Assembly: GCF_037042905.1 (NCBI RefSeq)
Contig: NC_087250.1
Coordinates: 26,538,001-26,602,000, forward strand
Direction of reading: 5' to 3'
DNA: 64,000 nt
Source of the DNA: Lytechinus pictus
Taxonomy: Eukaryota
Shown: in pieces, positions 27,861-42,184 of the stretch
Layout of the letters: every line of letters starts with the position of its first letter
Position numbering within the stretch: position 1 is the first letter of the stretch
Notes under the pieces: generated by a model
What the model saw: the letters and a program-made list of their open reading frames with translations, nothing else
The model's database searches: none
What the model was told of the DNA's origin: nothing
Translations under genes and position numbers: made by a program

Positions 27861-30800
27861 TGTCATCATGGTTAATACACATAATCTACCTGGAATTTTA
27901 GAGGAAAGTATCACGTATGTTTTTTCTTGAATATTTATAACATGTCGGATGCTTATTTGCATAATATGTAAATTACACTTCAGATATTAAGCTGATTATT
28001 AATTTATTTGCCATTCTTAGTGATCACATCATATTGATCTAGACTGTAATGTTTTCATAACTGGTTTTGGGAGAAAAATCAAAATTTCTGGATTTTTTTC
28101 CATATGAAGATGCTCATATAATATATGCAAATGAGGTAGATTTATTTAAGATTTTTTATTTAAAAAATAAATAAATTTGTTAAACTTATCATGGGCTTCA
28201 GTTCAATTTGTATTGTTTTCTGCACTTGATTTCCAATATTTGGATTATTTTCCTTATTTGTAATTTATTATGGCTAATTTGAATAAAATGCAAATTTTAT
28301 GATTTTCCTATATGCTTGTATATTTAAGGACTTTTAATATGGTGTTTAGGAAACCTTCCTGTAAGGTATTGCCATATTCCAATTTCAATAGATAATCTAC
28401 TTGCAATTTATGAGGGATGTATCAACAGTGAGTTTTCTTGAATATTTATAACATGTTAGATACTTTTATTTGCATAATATGCAAATTACACTACATACAC
28501 TAAGCTGAATACAAATGTATTCAACGTCCTTAGTGATAGCAGCATGTAATTTTCAACATTAATGAAATTTCCAAGCAGTTAATGAGAGAAAAATCACAAT
28601 ACCTTGACATTTTTCCATATAAGGATGCTTATTTGCATATTATGCAAATGAGGTAGATTTTTTTGCACTTTTGACAAAAAACATTTAATACAGTTATTTA
28701 TCATGAATTTTCGCTCAAATTGAGTTGTTTTGGACACTCAATTTGTAATCTTTGGGCTATTTTCCTTATTTTTCTAACTTTTTATGGCTAATTTGCATAA
28801 TATGCAAATTTCATAAATTTCCACTGCTTGGATTTCTTGGGACTTTTAGTATGTTGTTTAGGGGACCTTCCTTGAAAGCATTGCAGTGGAATATCTCGTG
28901 TTGCAATTAGTGGTGGGTCAAACCCTATATTGACTGGACTATTACCCCGCCTTCCCCTATTCATCATGTTCCGCTTAAAAATGGGAACTTGTAGAGCTTA
29001 TATTTCTTATTGGGCATTTGGGATCTGCTCGAACACTGACGCCATTTTTTTTATCGTAACGTATCTATTAGTAGATGGATTTTCAACAAACTTTTTTCCA
29101 ATATTTTAATTCTACTTCTGTTTTTATTTAAACCACCTAATTGCCGTGATAAACATCCCTTCAGAAAATAAAATGTGACAGATGTTTTATTTGTCTCACG
29201 CGTTTTTCCACTTAAATGCCAAATTGAAACAATTTCAGTTAAAAAAAAAATTGTTTTGGAATTGGGGATAACCATGATGGTTAGTGCTCGAGTAGAATCA
29301 GCAAAGCATTAAAAAAACATGGAGGTATGGTTGTAGCGGAGTCCTGAGTAAAAACTACAAACAAATGATCAAATAACAAGAAATGTGACTTGTTTTGTTA
29401 TGAAATTATCGTATAACGAACTCTGGACTCTGGTCTACTGGAAGTGTAAACAATTGATTTTGTTTATTTGACAGACTGACGCCGGGTTTGCTTCATTTTA
29501 CGTGACAAAGTTGATCAATAGATACATTAACATGATTGATAAAGAACTTATCATACCTATTTCATATTTTTTTTGAAATTTTAGAGCGTTCTTTTCCCCA
29601 TCTTTAAGGCTTTATGCCAGTGACTGATTCATGTCACATGTAATGAGAAATGTTACCAATTATGTTTGGATGCTGTTGTGTGGTCATTTCTAACAGAGAC
29701 GGGGGAGGGGGTGGGGTTCAAGTGCGCCTAACAAACGATGAATTATGCAATGACGTAGTAGAGCGCTTGGTAAAATCTATAGAAACGTTTATGTGGAATA
29801 CTTGTCTTATTTTTCATGAAAGCCACTTTCGCACATCCATACACAACGACACACATCGATGAAACAGTACACCGCATCCAATTATGATTCTCAAGGCAAA
29901 ATTAAAAACGATATCATCCCACAATTTGCTTTCCCGTCATTCCACAAACCAAATCAAATCTGACAAACCACACACAAGGAAATGCACAAACACGCACACC
30001 CTCACACACCTCTACAATCCACGCACATCATCTGTGATACTGTGACGCCATGGTACCAATCAATATGGAATTTATACTCGTATTTTTCGAGGTCATTAAA
30101 ATAAGGTGATACAGTTATGATTCCAGCAATCAGGTGAATGTTTCTGCGCTCTTCAGTTTCAAACGTGAAAATAGGTTCCCCTCTGTGTATTATCTCATTT
30201 AAACAACTTTTATGATCGCTTGAAGAAAAACAAATCAATATTGTGATTTTTTCTGCGTGTGTTTAGATTCCATAAATTGTGTGAAATCAGAACACCACCC
30301 TTTGTATTATTGTCATTATTACTACTATCATTATTATTATTATCATTATAACTTTTTCTTTTCCTTTGGGGCTGTTTTTTTTTTTTTTTGGGGGGGGGGG
30401 GGTACTTCAAGTGTGTTGTCATTGAATCTGATAAAATGGGCCATTTGTTATTTGGTCATTGAAATAGAGGAAGCTATCCTCACTGTCGGTTTGTCTTTAA
30501 AACCACATTTAACTGGTATTGATTTTGTGTTGCTGGTAATGATTTTGAATCTCAAACCAAATTGTAAACATTACAATTATATTATAAATATCGCATGCTT
30601 CTAAACATGCTGAACGTGACTAGATTTTCTTTCACAGCTAAAATCTCCTCCGTCTGTAGTTAAATACAATGAATCAGTAAGAATGACCCCCCCCCCCCCC
30701 CCCACCCGCGGAACATTTGTGCATCTTGTCACGTAGGCCTTCCACAAAATGGCGAAAGAAAAAACATATAAGAATGGTCTAAGAGCAAATGTATTCACAA

Positions 30801-33624
30801 TCATGGTTTATTCGAACGATAAACACATTCGCACCTCGATCAACATAATTTTATAGACCAAGAATTTCCTGCGTTACTTTGAAACCATGCGTGCCCTAAG
30901 TAAACATTTCCCCCAAATCAGAGGATAGAGTATCCTCGTTCAATCGAGTCCTAAACACCGAGACTATACGCTCATGAATGTGAACGTCTCTGTTGACGAC
31001 AGTTGCAGGCGCTGTGACGTCATAGCTACCTAAGATGACACCGCGAAACCTCCCAGTGGCGCCTCGATTTAGACATCGTTCAAGTTCGACAAACTTTCCA
31101 TCGTAGCTTCTGGTGTTGTGATTGTGGACATCATGGCGTAAACTCGGCATTTCTTAGTCCTCAGGCGAGAGGACAAGAGCAATCTGACGTCAATTATCTA
31201 ATTAATAATGGTTGAAGCGTTTTATAACTTGAAAGTGATAGATAACTCCTATTTCATATGTGCAAGGGAGAGATTAATATGATGTGATATTCATAGGATA
31301 CGATAACACGCTTTATACTAGACTGATGTGTAGGCCATACTTACTGATCAAGTATTTGCTTTTATTTCATGCAAAATGTTGAAGATTCAAATTCATTTTC
31401 AAATTAGTATTTACCAGTTTCCACATAAAATTGTGCAAAATGATTACATGTGATGCATTCATTTCAGTATCATAATTGAAAAAACCGTAAGTGTATATAA
31501 AAACTGATAAATGAATATTAAAATGTAAGACGCAATTCGATGTGAAAAGAATATTTATGTAATGGGCTATGGGAATAGTAAATGTGGTAAAGGAATCCCT
31601 GAAAAGTTTTACTTGCACATACCATGGTGCAAGATGTGAAACCCCTTAATACAAACGTAATTATTATTTGTTTAATATTATTTGTTTGGATATTGAACAT
31701 AATATACCTAACGAATTTTCATGATAATAAAACTAAACGATAATGATCATGATATATAATGCCAATAACAATGGCGACACTAGGCCAAATTTATACCTTT
31801 TATATGATTTTTGCTAAGTGATAATATTCTCATTGTCATTTTTTGCGGGTACTACGCCATCTTTGCTCCTGAATTAATTCGTTGTTAATTTATCGGGGTG
31901 TTTGTGTTGATTTGATTGTTTTTGTTATTGAAGGCCGTGCGTGCTAAATTAGAGGGAATCGCGAGGTTAGTATCAAACGATATATTTTGAAGGTTGTTAA
32001 ATCAATCTATAGCCTAATTCATATTTTTTTTTCTCTTTCAGTGATTTTTTTTTCATAACTTCATATACATATAACAAACATAATCATTATACATTATACA
32101 TGTTTTATACAAAATACAAAATGAAATAAAATACAAAACAAAGCATAATAAACAAGGAAAACAAAAAAAAAGATCATTAAACATAATGGTTCAGTCACTG
32201 ATATACATCTTGAGACATGTACGCTTTTGACCCCCCCCCCCCCCACACACACACACACACACGCACACACAAAATCACGATCAAGAAAAAAATAGGAAAG
32301 GAAAAATGTATGGGTTAATTTTTTGCTCGAACGGTTCGCGTTCTAGGAATCCACTAGAGCAATTTTGCCAATGACCGGCGCGAAATTAAGACTGTCCCGC
32401 CCTTTCACACGGTAAAAAAAAATCGTAATTTGAATGATGATTCCAGTGAAAAATAAGGCTAATGACGAAATTTTAGCACGTGTGATACCAAACTAGAACA
32501 TGATTCGAATCACGAACAACGATGATTCAAAATTCACGCGTGAAAAGGCCCCATGACACTCAATATGTGACCCCGTTTGTGGCACATAACGCCACTGGTT
32601 AAAAATTAACATTGTCATATCATAAGCACCACTTAAGAAACATAAAGGACTAAATTTACTAAACATAAAGGACATATGTAGAAGTGCATGATGAAATAAC
32701 AATGAAAAGGCGGTTACCATTCTGTGTATACATGTCATGTACATACAAAGAAAGTGCGAAAATATGTCACCAACGTGTTATTGTTCACGCTCGGTACTCC
32801 GCGGGAAACCTACGCGTTCAATCTGGACTCCTGCATGGGTGTGTGAGGGGAGTGTACAAGGCAGCTAAGATCTGTTTGGCTTTTTGCCAGTCTTTACTTC
32901 GTAGTCGGTCGTCCACGCATTTATCATCGCACTGACTTCCCCCGTTCAAAAATTAAATATGCAGGCGGTAGGCTCACAAATCGTTATACCACGATATGGA
33001 TTGTAGGTCATGTGGCAAGGGACGCGGAACGGTTTTCAAAGTGACGGGGGGGGGGGGCTTGCCATGCAAAAAATCACAATCCTATTGTAATTTTTACGTT
33101 TTTGTATACGGTTTTGGAAAAAAAAGAGGGGGGGGGGGGCTGAAGCCCGAAAATATGACATGAACTGAGCCCACCTAAGAAATATCCATGGAGATAATAA
33201 ATAACCGGTTTCACAAAATATTGCTAAAAATTGAAATTTAATAACTTCATTATTTGCTATCAGATTTTTGGAAGGGTTAATATTCTGCTTTGTGAATTAC
33301 CCGATTAACATCTCTAGTTTTGATGTACTGTTCATTGCAACTAATATCAGTGAATTAACGCAAAATCTATCGTGGATTGACTTTTAATGAGCTACGATTT
33401 AACAAGTGAGTGAATGTGGTCTGTAATCCTCGTATATGCCCACGAGAACGTTTTCCCCAACGAACGTAGAAGGCGCGAACGTCACTGCGCTATTCATTCA
33501 CATTGATCATGTTGATACAGAAGAAAGAGAAAGTTGAAAATTGTCATATAATACCATTAGAATCCGATGTATCATGAAATATCAAATTCATTGAAAGTGA
33601 TTTGTCATTGAATAAAGGACCGGA

Positions 33625-33863
33625 CACAGTAAAAACTGTGGTGTTAACCGGTGTACATAGAGGATCACACCAGTTGTTTTACTCCGGTGTAAAATTGGTG
33701 GTGTTAGTTTTACACCCAAAGGTGTTATTACAACACCTTTGGTTGTTACATTTACACTCTTTGGTGTTATGTTCAATCTCTAAGGTGTAATTTTAACACC
33801 TCAGAGTGTGGTCTTCTATTAACACCAACTGGTGTCAGTCTTAACACCACAGTTTTTACAGTG
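33625..33863. mobile_element. EnSpm/CACTA-like MITE
   Basis: TIRs cacagtaaaaactgtggtgttaa / ttaacaccacagtttttacagtg; internal acacc/ggtgt motifs. Confidence 0.7.
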
Positions 33864-34177
33864 TATTAACAAATAAACCATCATTTTAAATCTATTCTTT
33901 AAATCTGGGTTGTTCTTGTAAACTTGTCGAGTCAACAGCATTACCAAAAGAATATCAACCAAGTAAACTGACTATCAACATGATCAAAATAATATAGCTA
34001 TGAAAATTAATCGTCTAATTTTTCTATGTATAGGTATGACTTCAATGTTTTAGGTATATTTGTTTATAGCCATCTTTTATTAATTAAAAAAGGTGGAAAT
34101 CATAATAATACGCCAATTTTGAACCTAAACGAACATGATACAGCATATACAGTGCAACAGAAAATGAATTTCTTAGA

Positions 34178-34740
34178 TTTTCGGACTAACGAACTTTCGG
34201 ATTAACGAACCTTATTTCGCTTTCGGACCAACGAACCTTCGGATTAAAGAACCTTATTTCGTTTTCGGATTAACGTGCCTTCGGAATGACGAGCCTTATT
34301 TTGTTTTCAGATTGAGGAACGTTCGGAATAACGCCACAAATGTTCGGTTTAACGGACTTTTTTTTCTTTTTCGGATTAAGGAACATCGAGGTATAGGAAA
34401 TTTCATGATCTCGTAACTCGTCGTGTCTACATCTTTTAGAGTTGATCAGATGACATGATCATGCATCCAAGATCTTGTCATCCGACCATCTCCTCCACTG
34501 AGGAAGTAGACTTGGCGAGATCAAAGCTATTGTCATTTGATCATCTCTCCCATTGGATGTAGACATGACGAGACCCAAGATCTTGGATCCATGGTAACTC
34601 GTCATATCTACATCTTTTAGAGAGAGATGATCAGATGACATGATCATGGATCCAAGATCTTGTCATCCGATCATCTCTCCCACGAGATGCAGATGATGAG
34701 ATCCAAGATATTGTCATCTCATTATCTCTCCCACAGGGTG
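34178..34740. repeat. Two adjacent minisatellite blocks
   Basis: 34178-34390: repeats of ttcggattaacgaacct. 34405-34740: repeats containing gatccaagatcttgtcatc and atcatctctccca. Confidence 0.7.
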
Positions 34741-36697
34741 AAGAAGAAAATGGAAGAGTGAATAATTTGAAAGTATGTTTCACACTGGTGTTATCTAAAA
34801 CGAGTAAGCACCTTGGAAGTGTAGGGTTATTTTTTAAGTACGATAAAATTATTTTGTCGATATGTTATCAATTTGTCAAAATGCAGAATAGCAGAAATGA
34901 GAGGTGAAATCGTAGGGATTCTTAAACAAGAATAAGGTAGTTTTGTTGTTAAAATAAAAGTTTGTATTTTCCTGGCATCTTTTTATTATGAATCCGACAA
35001 ATCGAAACACTCAGTGAACTTTTAAACCTTTTCTTCAGCGGTAGCGTCCCTTTCATCACAGTGGGATTGACTCATGTTTTGTGTATGTCTGGTTTATTAA
35101 TAAGTTCGTTCGGTTTAATATGAAGCACTGAATGTTCTATATAAACTTATTTGTTTTTTTTTTTCTTTTTTAAGATGTCCGTAAGCCAGTTTGACTCTTA
35201 AAAAAATCAGAAAATATTACAAAGAACATGCTACAAATACAGGAATCTCAAATTGTATATTTCCCAATGTAAAAAAAAGCAGCTTATTATTGAGATACAT
35301 ATAACACGTTATTTACTGTGAGTATGAATAGACTAAACAGAGTTAAAGCTTACATTATTGTTTAAGCTTCTCCATTCTACATATAACAACTTATGAAAAA
35401 AAAAATCTTGGAGAACTTGTTTTAATTACTACATTCACTCGAATCACTATGTTTTTTGTATGATCTAAAAAGACTCCTATAACCTCATGTAATTTCATTG
35501 TCATAAGTATACTTAGACAAATAAAATCTTGAAGTAACTTAAAACAACTTCAAGAGCACAAAAGCAAATAAATTCAAACAACACCGAAAATACAACTGAA
35601 AACAACTTCATACAAGTTGTACACCAATGTCAAAAGTTTATACAGACAAATTCGACAATAAAGTACGTGCATTTGTAAACAAAATGAAATCGACATCATT
35701 TTTATTTATTGTAACTATATACAGGCTAGTTATCGGAGGAACTTTCACAAACTTAAATTGCATGAAAGTCATGCTGTATTTGCTTTTCTATCTAAATATT
35801 AATATACCAATGTATTTTCACAATTGATTATCAATAGACAGATGTATTTGGTTTTGATTATCGACTGTCAACTTCTTCTTTAATGTATAACATACATGTG
35901 GGATGCATTATGAAAAACGTATAACTATATAATACACTGTATACACGGTATCACATGAATAATAATGAGCAAATTAGACGATGCACGACTGTACATGTAA
36001 GTCCCTTCAACGTCTCTGTTACTATTTTTAACAAATTATTTTAACTTAATTACCATGATACTGTTATGGTGTGGATTTTACAAATTAGAAGGAGTGCTCC
36101 TGTGGACATATATACTTTTGAGAAATGCTTGATCATGCATAAAATGGATATTTCATCCTCCTCTTCTTTTTTATATAAAATGACTTCATGGAATTTCTTG
36201 AAAATATTTGAAGTTTATAGCTTCCTGATATGGTACCATTAAATTATTAAGAATATATTGAAAATTTTCAATGAAATATTTGCAAAGAAACAAGAGGTTT
36301 GAAAACGAACCGTTTTCGGTAAGATTGCCGTTTGCGCCGATACATCAATGTTATTCACATGTTTTTTTTTTTTTTTTTTTTATCAAAACCTTATAAATGT
36401 AAGATGACCTTCAACATGTTCAAATTTATATTAAATGCACTTACAAAAACGCATACGTACAGCTTCAAACAAGTATATTACAATAAACTGCTAAGGTAAT
36501 ATACATCCAGCTGACAAGAAATTACTGGAAAGCTTAAGAAACAGGACCAAAATTATTACTTACAAAAAAATCGCAAATATGTATTTACAAACATAGGAAA
36601 TCACATATAATTGTATCATACACGGTTAGTTTATAAGAGAATGGTGCTTGGTTTTTTAGATGATCGTCAGTGCATTATTTTATATTTTATTTTGCGT

Positions 36698-37542
36698 CAG
36701 GGGTGGCGGAAATTATTATTATTTTTTTTTTTTGGGGGGGGCAAAGCCATAAAAGGGCACTAATATCGGATATTTTCACCATGAGAATATCATCTCCGTT
36801 AGAGAGTTTTGTGTTTTGTAGTGATTACATTGAGCAAAGCCCTTTTTCAAGTGATTTCTGATTGATAAAATATAGATTAGTGCTTTGGTTGTCCACGAGC
36901 AAGCGTAGCGAAGGAGAGGTTTGGAGAAAAAAGAATTAGTAAGAAGTTGTGATACTTGCTTTTTTATTATCGCGCAAATTACTGTTAAAAGGGAATTTTA
37001 GCGAGATGTTGCGAGCGCGAATCGCGAGCTTACACTTTTGGACATTTCATGTACTACAAGACCTGAAAACTCAACATTCTGAACAGTTTATATGATACAT
37101 ATCTCACCGATCGAATAATGCAAGCGCGAAGCGCGGGCTGAACATTTATAATATTCCAAACTCAAACTGGCCGTTCTTAACACTTTTTGTAACCAAGACA
37201 GAATTAGTACTTGACTAAACAATAGTTGATGGGAGCGCGAAGTGCGAGCTGAAAATTTGTGATATCCCAAGCTAAACACACTTTTTGTAACCAAGAACAG
37301 ATTGAGTAGGTTACTTACTAAACAATAATTGATGCGAGCGCAAAGCGCGAGTCAACATAAAAAACATAAAAAAATTTCTAGCCTGAAATAAATTGTGTTT
37401 TACTTTGAAAAAGGTGTTTTATATTGGAAATGGGCACATTTCATTTAGAAAATAGGGCACTTTCCATTAAAAAAAAACATTTTTCCTACCTTGATTCTTA
37501 TTGAGCAAGTGCCCCTACTGCCCTCCGGTTCCGTCGCCCCTT
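36698..37542. mobile_element. hAT-like MITE of the gcgcgaagcgcg family
   Basis: Ends caggggtggcggaa / ttccgtcgcccct; 7/8 TSD ttttgcgt / ttttgcgc. Confidence 0.65.
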
Positions 37543-37941
37543 TTTTGCGCATATATGGCCGCCGACATACATACCTTTTTTAATCTAAAACGATCTTTTG
37601 AACTGTAGCTCTGATAACAGTGGCTTTGTTTACACAGGTCAAACAAGTGGAAAAGCATGATAGTGATATACATAAATGCATGGTAATTTTTTTATTACAT
37701 CGTTATTTTTTTCATTTTGATCGTCAATTTAGTTTTGACATAGAATATAGAAACTTTAAGCCGATTTAGACTTTACTCGGAAAATAGGGCTTGCCGCCTA
37801 ACAGAATCTTGATTTTATTATTCCTAAAATTATGCCGACCTTCAAATAAAATAATTTTGCTTCTTTGGCATGTCGCATTTAATGCGAAATTCGATATATT
37901 AAAAAAATGTGTCGCATAGGACCACAGATTGTGACCCGGGC

Positions 37942-38239
37942 TTAAGTTTCGTGAAAAAGGATTTCAGCGACATGACTTAACCCAGCCTCCCCGAGAGCGA
38001 GTCGAAGTTTCCCGACCTGCTCATTCGGTCGGACACACCGTCTCCAGTTCTCAATCATCTCCCTAAGACCCGATCTTGAGACACTCCTAGCCGAAGAGTC
38101 AGCTCTGACCAAGTATTTCTCCACCGTTGAGTAAGAGAAACCAAGTTTGTAGCCAAGTTCCCGAGCATCCTTGATCTCACATACCAAATCGGACAGGACA
38201 TGTAGCATGTTGTTGGATACAAACCTCTTTCGGTCTCGT
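37942..38239 (-). CDS. Terminal death domain exon
   Basis: cttgcag|; FVSNNMLHVLSDLVCEIKDARELGYKLGFSYSTVEKYL...REMIENWRR...LRLALGEAGLSHVAEILF, then TAA. Confidence 0.85.
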
Positions 38240-39433
38240 CTGCAAGAGAGGAGAGGGGTGAGGGAACATACTAACAATTATAATCTTGACCGTGTCCACA
38301 TGAGTAGCAAAGATTACGAGGGAAATTGCAGTTGACATATGTTTTCTTTAACCATTACTTTTAAATCACATACCAAAGGTCACCATAAACAAAATCTACC
38401 AAGGACAAAAATAAAAAAAATGAAGATTGAAATATGTATTTTTTTTATTATAGAATAACGAGCGAATAAAAGTTGAGGAGTCCTTTACCATTTATACATT
38501 TAAGGTGAGCACCAACTTAAAAGAAGAATAATCTAGAACTGACACAAGAAACATTGAAAGCCAGCGTTCCGAATGTTCGCACTGTCTCCGAGAGGTAGGA
38601 ATAGAGCGTTTATGCACTTACCTGATAGGAACTCCATAATCTGGTTCAACTGTTTTAATAGAATAAACGTAGAAAACATAAACTTACACGATAATTTAGA
38701 TTTAAGAAATATATATGCACAGTAATTATGTAAATTGCTAGGTCACAAAGACATACCTGTCATGAGCGCATTCGGGAATATACAATTTATTTGTTATTCT
38801 TAACATGTCTCTGCTATTTAAAAGCAAAACACTATGCCCAGATTCTGCGGGTGATATGCTAGGGTTTCAAACACAATGAGTCGGGCCAGCATTGGCGTAG
38901 TTAGGCATCAACACTAGCAAACATTACATATGCCATGTTTGTAAATTTGGTAAAGATGGTTTGTCAGACGTAACAAGAATAATAATTTTAAGGTACAGAG
39001 TTCTAGTCCCGTCTTCAATTGGTTTAGCAAACATTGACGATGTAAGAGTTTATTCTAGGTAGGGGCTTCACCAGTTTCCCTAATTTATTTCGCATCTCAA
39101 TTCAATAAATAAGTTGTGCGCTCTTGTAAACTGATAATTATCACTTGCATTTCAACCTGAGGGACGTGGGTTTTATTCCCAGCCGTGACATATTTTTTTT
39201 AGCAGGAAATTTACCCACATTCTGCTGCACCCAACCAAAGTGATATGGAAAATTCCCTGAATGCTTCAGCGCCTATATTAGAGCACATCTTTGACGTAAT
39301 AATAGCAGCGCTTTTTATTCTCAGGAAAAAAAAACGCTTAATAATTTTAGCGATTATTATTAGTAATAGTGAATTTGCTTCGTTTTTAGTTTGATATTAT
39401 TACAAACCATGATTATTTAACAAATGTTGCTAC

Positions 39434-41418
39434 CTTGTTTGATGATTGTAATGTGTTGTTCTGATAGTATTGTACCCTGTTCAATGCGGAGACATACACT
39501 CATCTTTTCATTCGCAGAGGGCGCTAGTAGATCGAATGTGAAGGTATTGCATCCTCCAGCTAGAAGGTGACGAGCATGAACCTTTATGGAGAATATAATG
39601 AAATATTAATGACACAAAAGTCAATGAAATGATGTCACCGTAATGTAGACTTAGTCTTTCATTCCAATGACATAAATGAGTGATTTTTAAGCCCGGGGGG
39701 GGGGGGAGACACTTCAATTGACGCAACTATAGGGTCTCGAAAAGCACCCTAAACAAGTATTTTCCATATTCTGAAAATGCACCCCTTAACAAGTATTGGC
39801 GCGTAAAACCCTGCCCTTAACAAGCATTGGAAACAAAACAATACCCTTGGCAAGTATTCCCTGAATTGAACCCCTAAACAAGTAAAGCGATATTTTAATT
39901 ATGTCACAGACGTCGGTCGCCGGTTTTATCTTTACCTACATCATTGGGTTTAGTCCGGCCCTACCTCCCACACCTCGCGCAAATCGGACTCTAAACACGT
40001 AGTATTGACTGTTTGGGCAGTAGCTCTCCTAGCGAAATAAATATCCTTTTTTCATTATTTTAGGGTTTTTGACACCCTTACTACGTTACGTACGTAACGT
40101 GCCCTATCTTGAAAAGACAACATTTTTACGTGCTATTTTTGTCGCGCATGGTATTCACTCGTCAGTGTAAGTGCCCCTCGGGTTTTGACCAAAAAAAATA
40201 ATAATTGCGCGACTTTTTTTCAAACAGGGGCAGGTGGACGATAAAGTACCAAAAAGAATAGTTCATTTCATCACACTAACTCTGCTTTTTTAAAAGCATC
40301 GTCACAACGTATTTGTGTGTGGTGGGGGCATACGAATAATAAATAAAGACATGCCCACACTCATCAAATGCATAGCCGCACACCCACGCAACGACATCCT
40401 AATTTACACGCACAAAAGTACGCAAACCGTGCACAAATAAATTAATTTAACGGAAATTATGGGTGCGTTGTTATGCGCTCCCTCACATTTTACAACGTAA
40501 CTATCACAAAACATGAACAAAAATTCATCAGGAAATGAATCCTGTGGGAACTGCTTAGACAGGCATAAACTATAAGGTGCTTACTGTATACTGGAGCTGC
40601 TCTGATTCGGTCATACACCAAAGCTTTATATCATTATCCGCTGAGTCAAGATTAAAGTTGATCACCGTTGTCTCGTGGTATGTCCCTTCTGATACTAGAG
40701 TTTCATGACGTTTGCTGAGTTCCTGAAAAAAAAATTGAAAACGAAACATGAATAAAACAAACCTATGATGTGACGTCGGAGGCAGGTATGAGATCAACTT
40801 TGCCCCGTATATGGAAAAAAACAATCAAAATGAAAAAAAAATGGGGACAAAAAATAAGCTTTCAATAAATAATGAATACTGTCGGTTCCCATTCGGATAC
40901 ATTTTAGAATATCATCATCGACATAAGATATAACGATACATGTGTTGGTTGGCTAGTGGAATAGTTGGCACATCTCAGCCAAAGCGGATGGGGCAATTAA
41001 CAAGTATAGGTAAATAATAAAGAATTAGATCTGTCCAACACTTTTTTGTTTTTGAATCCTTACATTCAGTAATTCTTTAAATCCATGATTTTTGGGTAGC
41101 AACAAGGTTGACTTTTTTCGTTCTAGAACTGTAGTAATTTGATGTAGGCATATATTTGATTATTATAATTCAATATAAAAGAATGTTCATATATACATAC
41201 TGTGAGGTAACCATTGTAGGGATGAGCTACACGAGCACGGAGTGTTGGTTTATTGGAAGAGTAACTATGAGACACCTCACATGCAAATTGAACGTTGTGA
41301 ATATCTCTTGATGACATTGCACACATTTGAACGTGACGCGTGGAGAAGGCAATCTTGTCTTCCGAAATCTGGAAACTTCTTGATGTTTCAGGGGAGAAAG
41401 TCCTGTGACCAAATTCTC
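39434..41418 (-). CDS. Three exons (41201-41418, 40585-40722, 39434-39581) encoding the end of ZU5 and a UPA-like beta-rich region
   Basis: Open frames with compatible phases (1-0, 0-0, 0-1); FSTRH, KPTLRARVAHP, TVINFNL, VCLRIEQ; lies between ZU5 and the last death domain. Confidence 0.7.
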
Positions 41419-41514
41419 CTATAAAGAATAAAGGAAGAAAGAGGAAAAGAAAAGCTGAACCCGATATAAACGTGCATGAATATTTTAATTAGAAAGGATA
41501 ATCGATATATTTAC

Positions 41515-41809
41515 CGGGTCCTAATTTGGTGTAAAGTTTAATGCACATCTCTCCCGTGTCCCAATCACACTGGTCTGGAGTAAAATTGTAGCAGGTTTGA
41601 TGAGTTCTTCAGAAATGGAACATTGGATGACAGGTGTTATGAGAACCTCTCCATTTTCTATGGGGATCTTCGATGAACTTCGCCTTTGGGGATCGCTCCA
41701 GGAGGAATGGATATTCTGATGTCAGGTTCGTCAAGTTTTAGCTCACCAACATGGTGATCAATCATACTGTGCCAAAGCGGATTTAGAAAGCCTGGGTGGT
41801 GTTCCATTC
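41515..41809 (-). pseudogene. ZU5 domain exon with frameshifts
   Basis: MIDHHVGELKLDEPDIRISIPPGAIPKG, then KIPIENGEVLITPVIQCSISEELIKPATILL, then CDWDTGEMCIKLYTK, in three different frames. Exon length of 295 nt is incompatible with phase 1-1. Confidence 0.78.
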
Positions 41810-41935
41810 CTACCAATAGAAAACAAACGGGTCAATGTCAAACAGAGGCTATGAAACGAACATGCGAAGGAACACACAGCTTTTGTCAACATGAGTTTAC
41901 CTTTATTATTTAAACATTTCAATGAATTGACTTAC

Positions 41936-42184
41936 CTGTTGCTACGTGTCTAACAGCATCGTTAAAATTAAAAGCTTGAAGAATCTCAAGCAACCTCAAC
42001 CTTGTTCCTCCTTGTTTGACCCATCTCTGAAGCATTTGCAAGATCGCCAGACGTATCAAGTCAGGTTCAAAGGTCACAAATGATGACATCACTTGAAGAA
42101 TTTCAGAAGCTGATAGATCGAGGCTTTTGGCGAGGTACATGAGATCTTGGGTTGTGCATGTGTCTCTAGAGATTTCATCAAGAC
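41936..42184 (-). CDS. Death domain exon 4
   Basis: GLDEISRD...DLMYLAKSLDLSASEILQV...ILQMLQRWVKQGGTRLRLLEILQAFNFNDAV; |GTAAGT. Confidence 0.8.

Larger units (their letters stand above)
24857..28941. mobile_element. Foldback non-autonomous DNA transposon with long repetitive TIRs (Academ-like termini)
   Basis: Ends tagtccggtcaat / attgactggacta; 3-bp TSD TTA; arms ~24857-25620 and ~27880-28941 are inverted copies. The superfamily label is an inference from TAG..CTA ends and the 3-bp TSD. Confidence 0.75.
24086..28957. mobile_element. Tc1/mariner-pogo-like MITE split by a 4-kb insertion in its right TIR
   Basis: Left ggggaaggcggggtaagttg. The right TIR caactta|ccccgccttcccc is restored by removing 24857-28944. 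TA flanks. Confidence 0.75.

Noticed and set aside
30896..31150. 84-aa ORF on the minus strand
   Set aside because: No recognisable domain or splice partners.
34178..34740. CRISPR-like array
   Set aside because: Eukaryotic context, degenerate units without unique spacers, and no cas genes; these are minisatellites.
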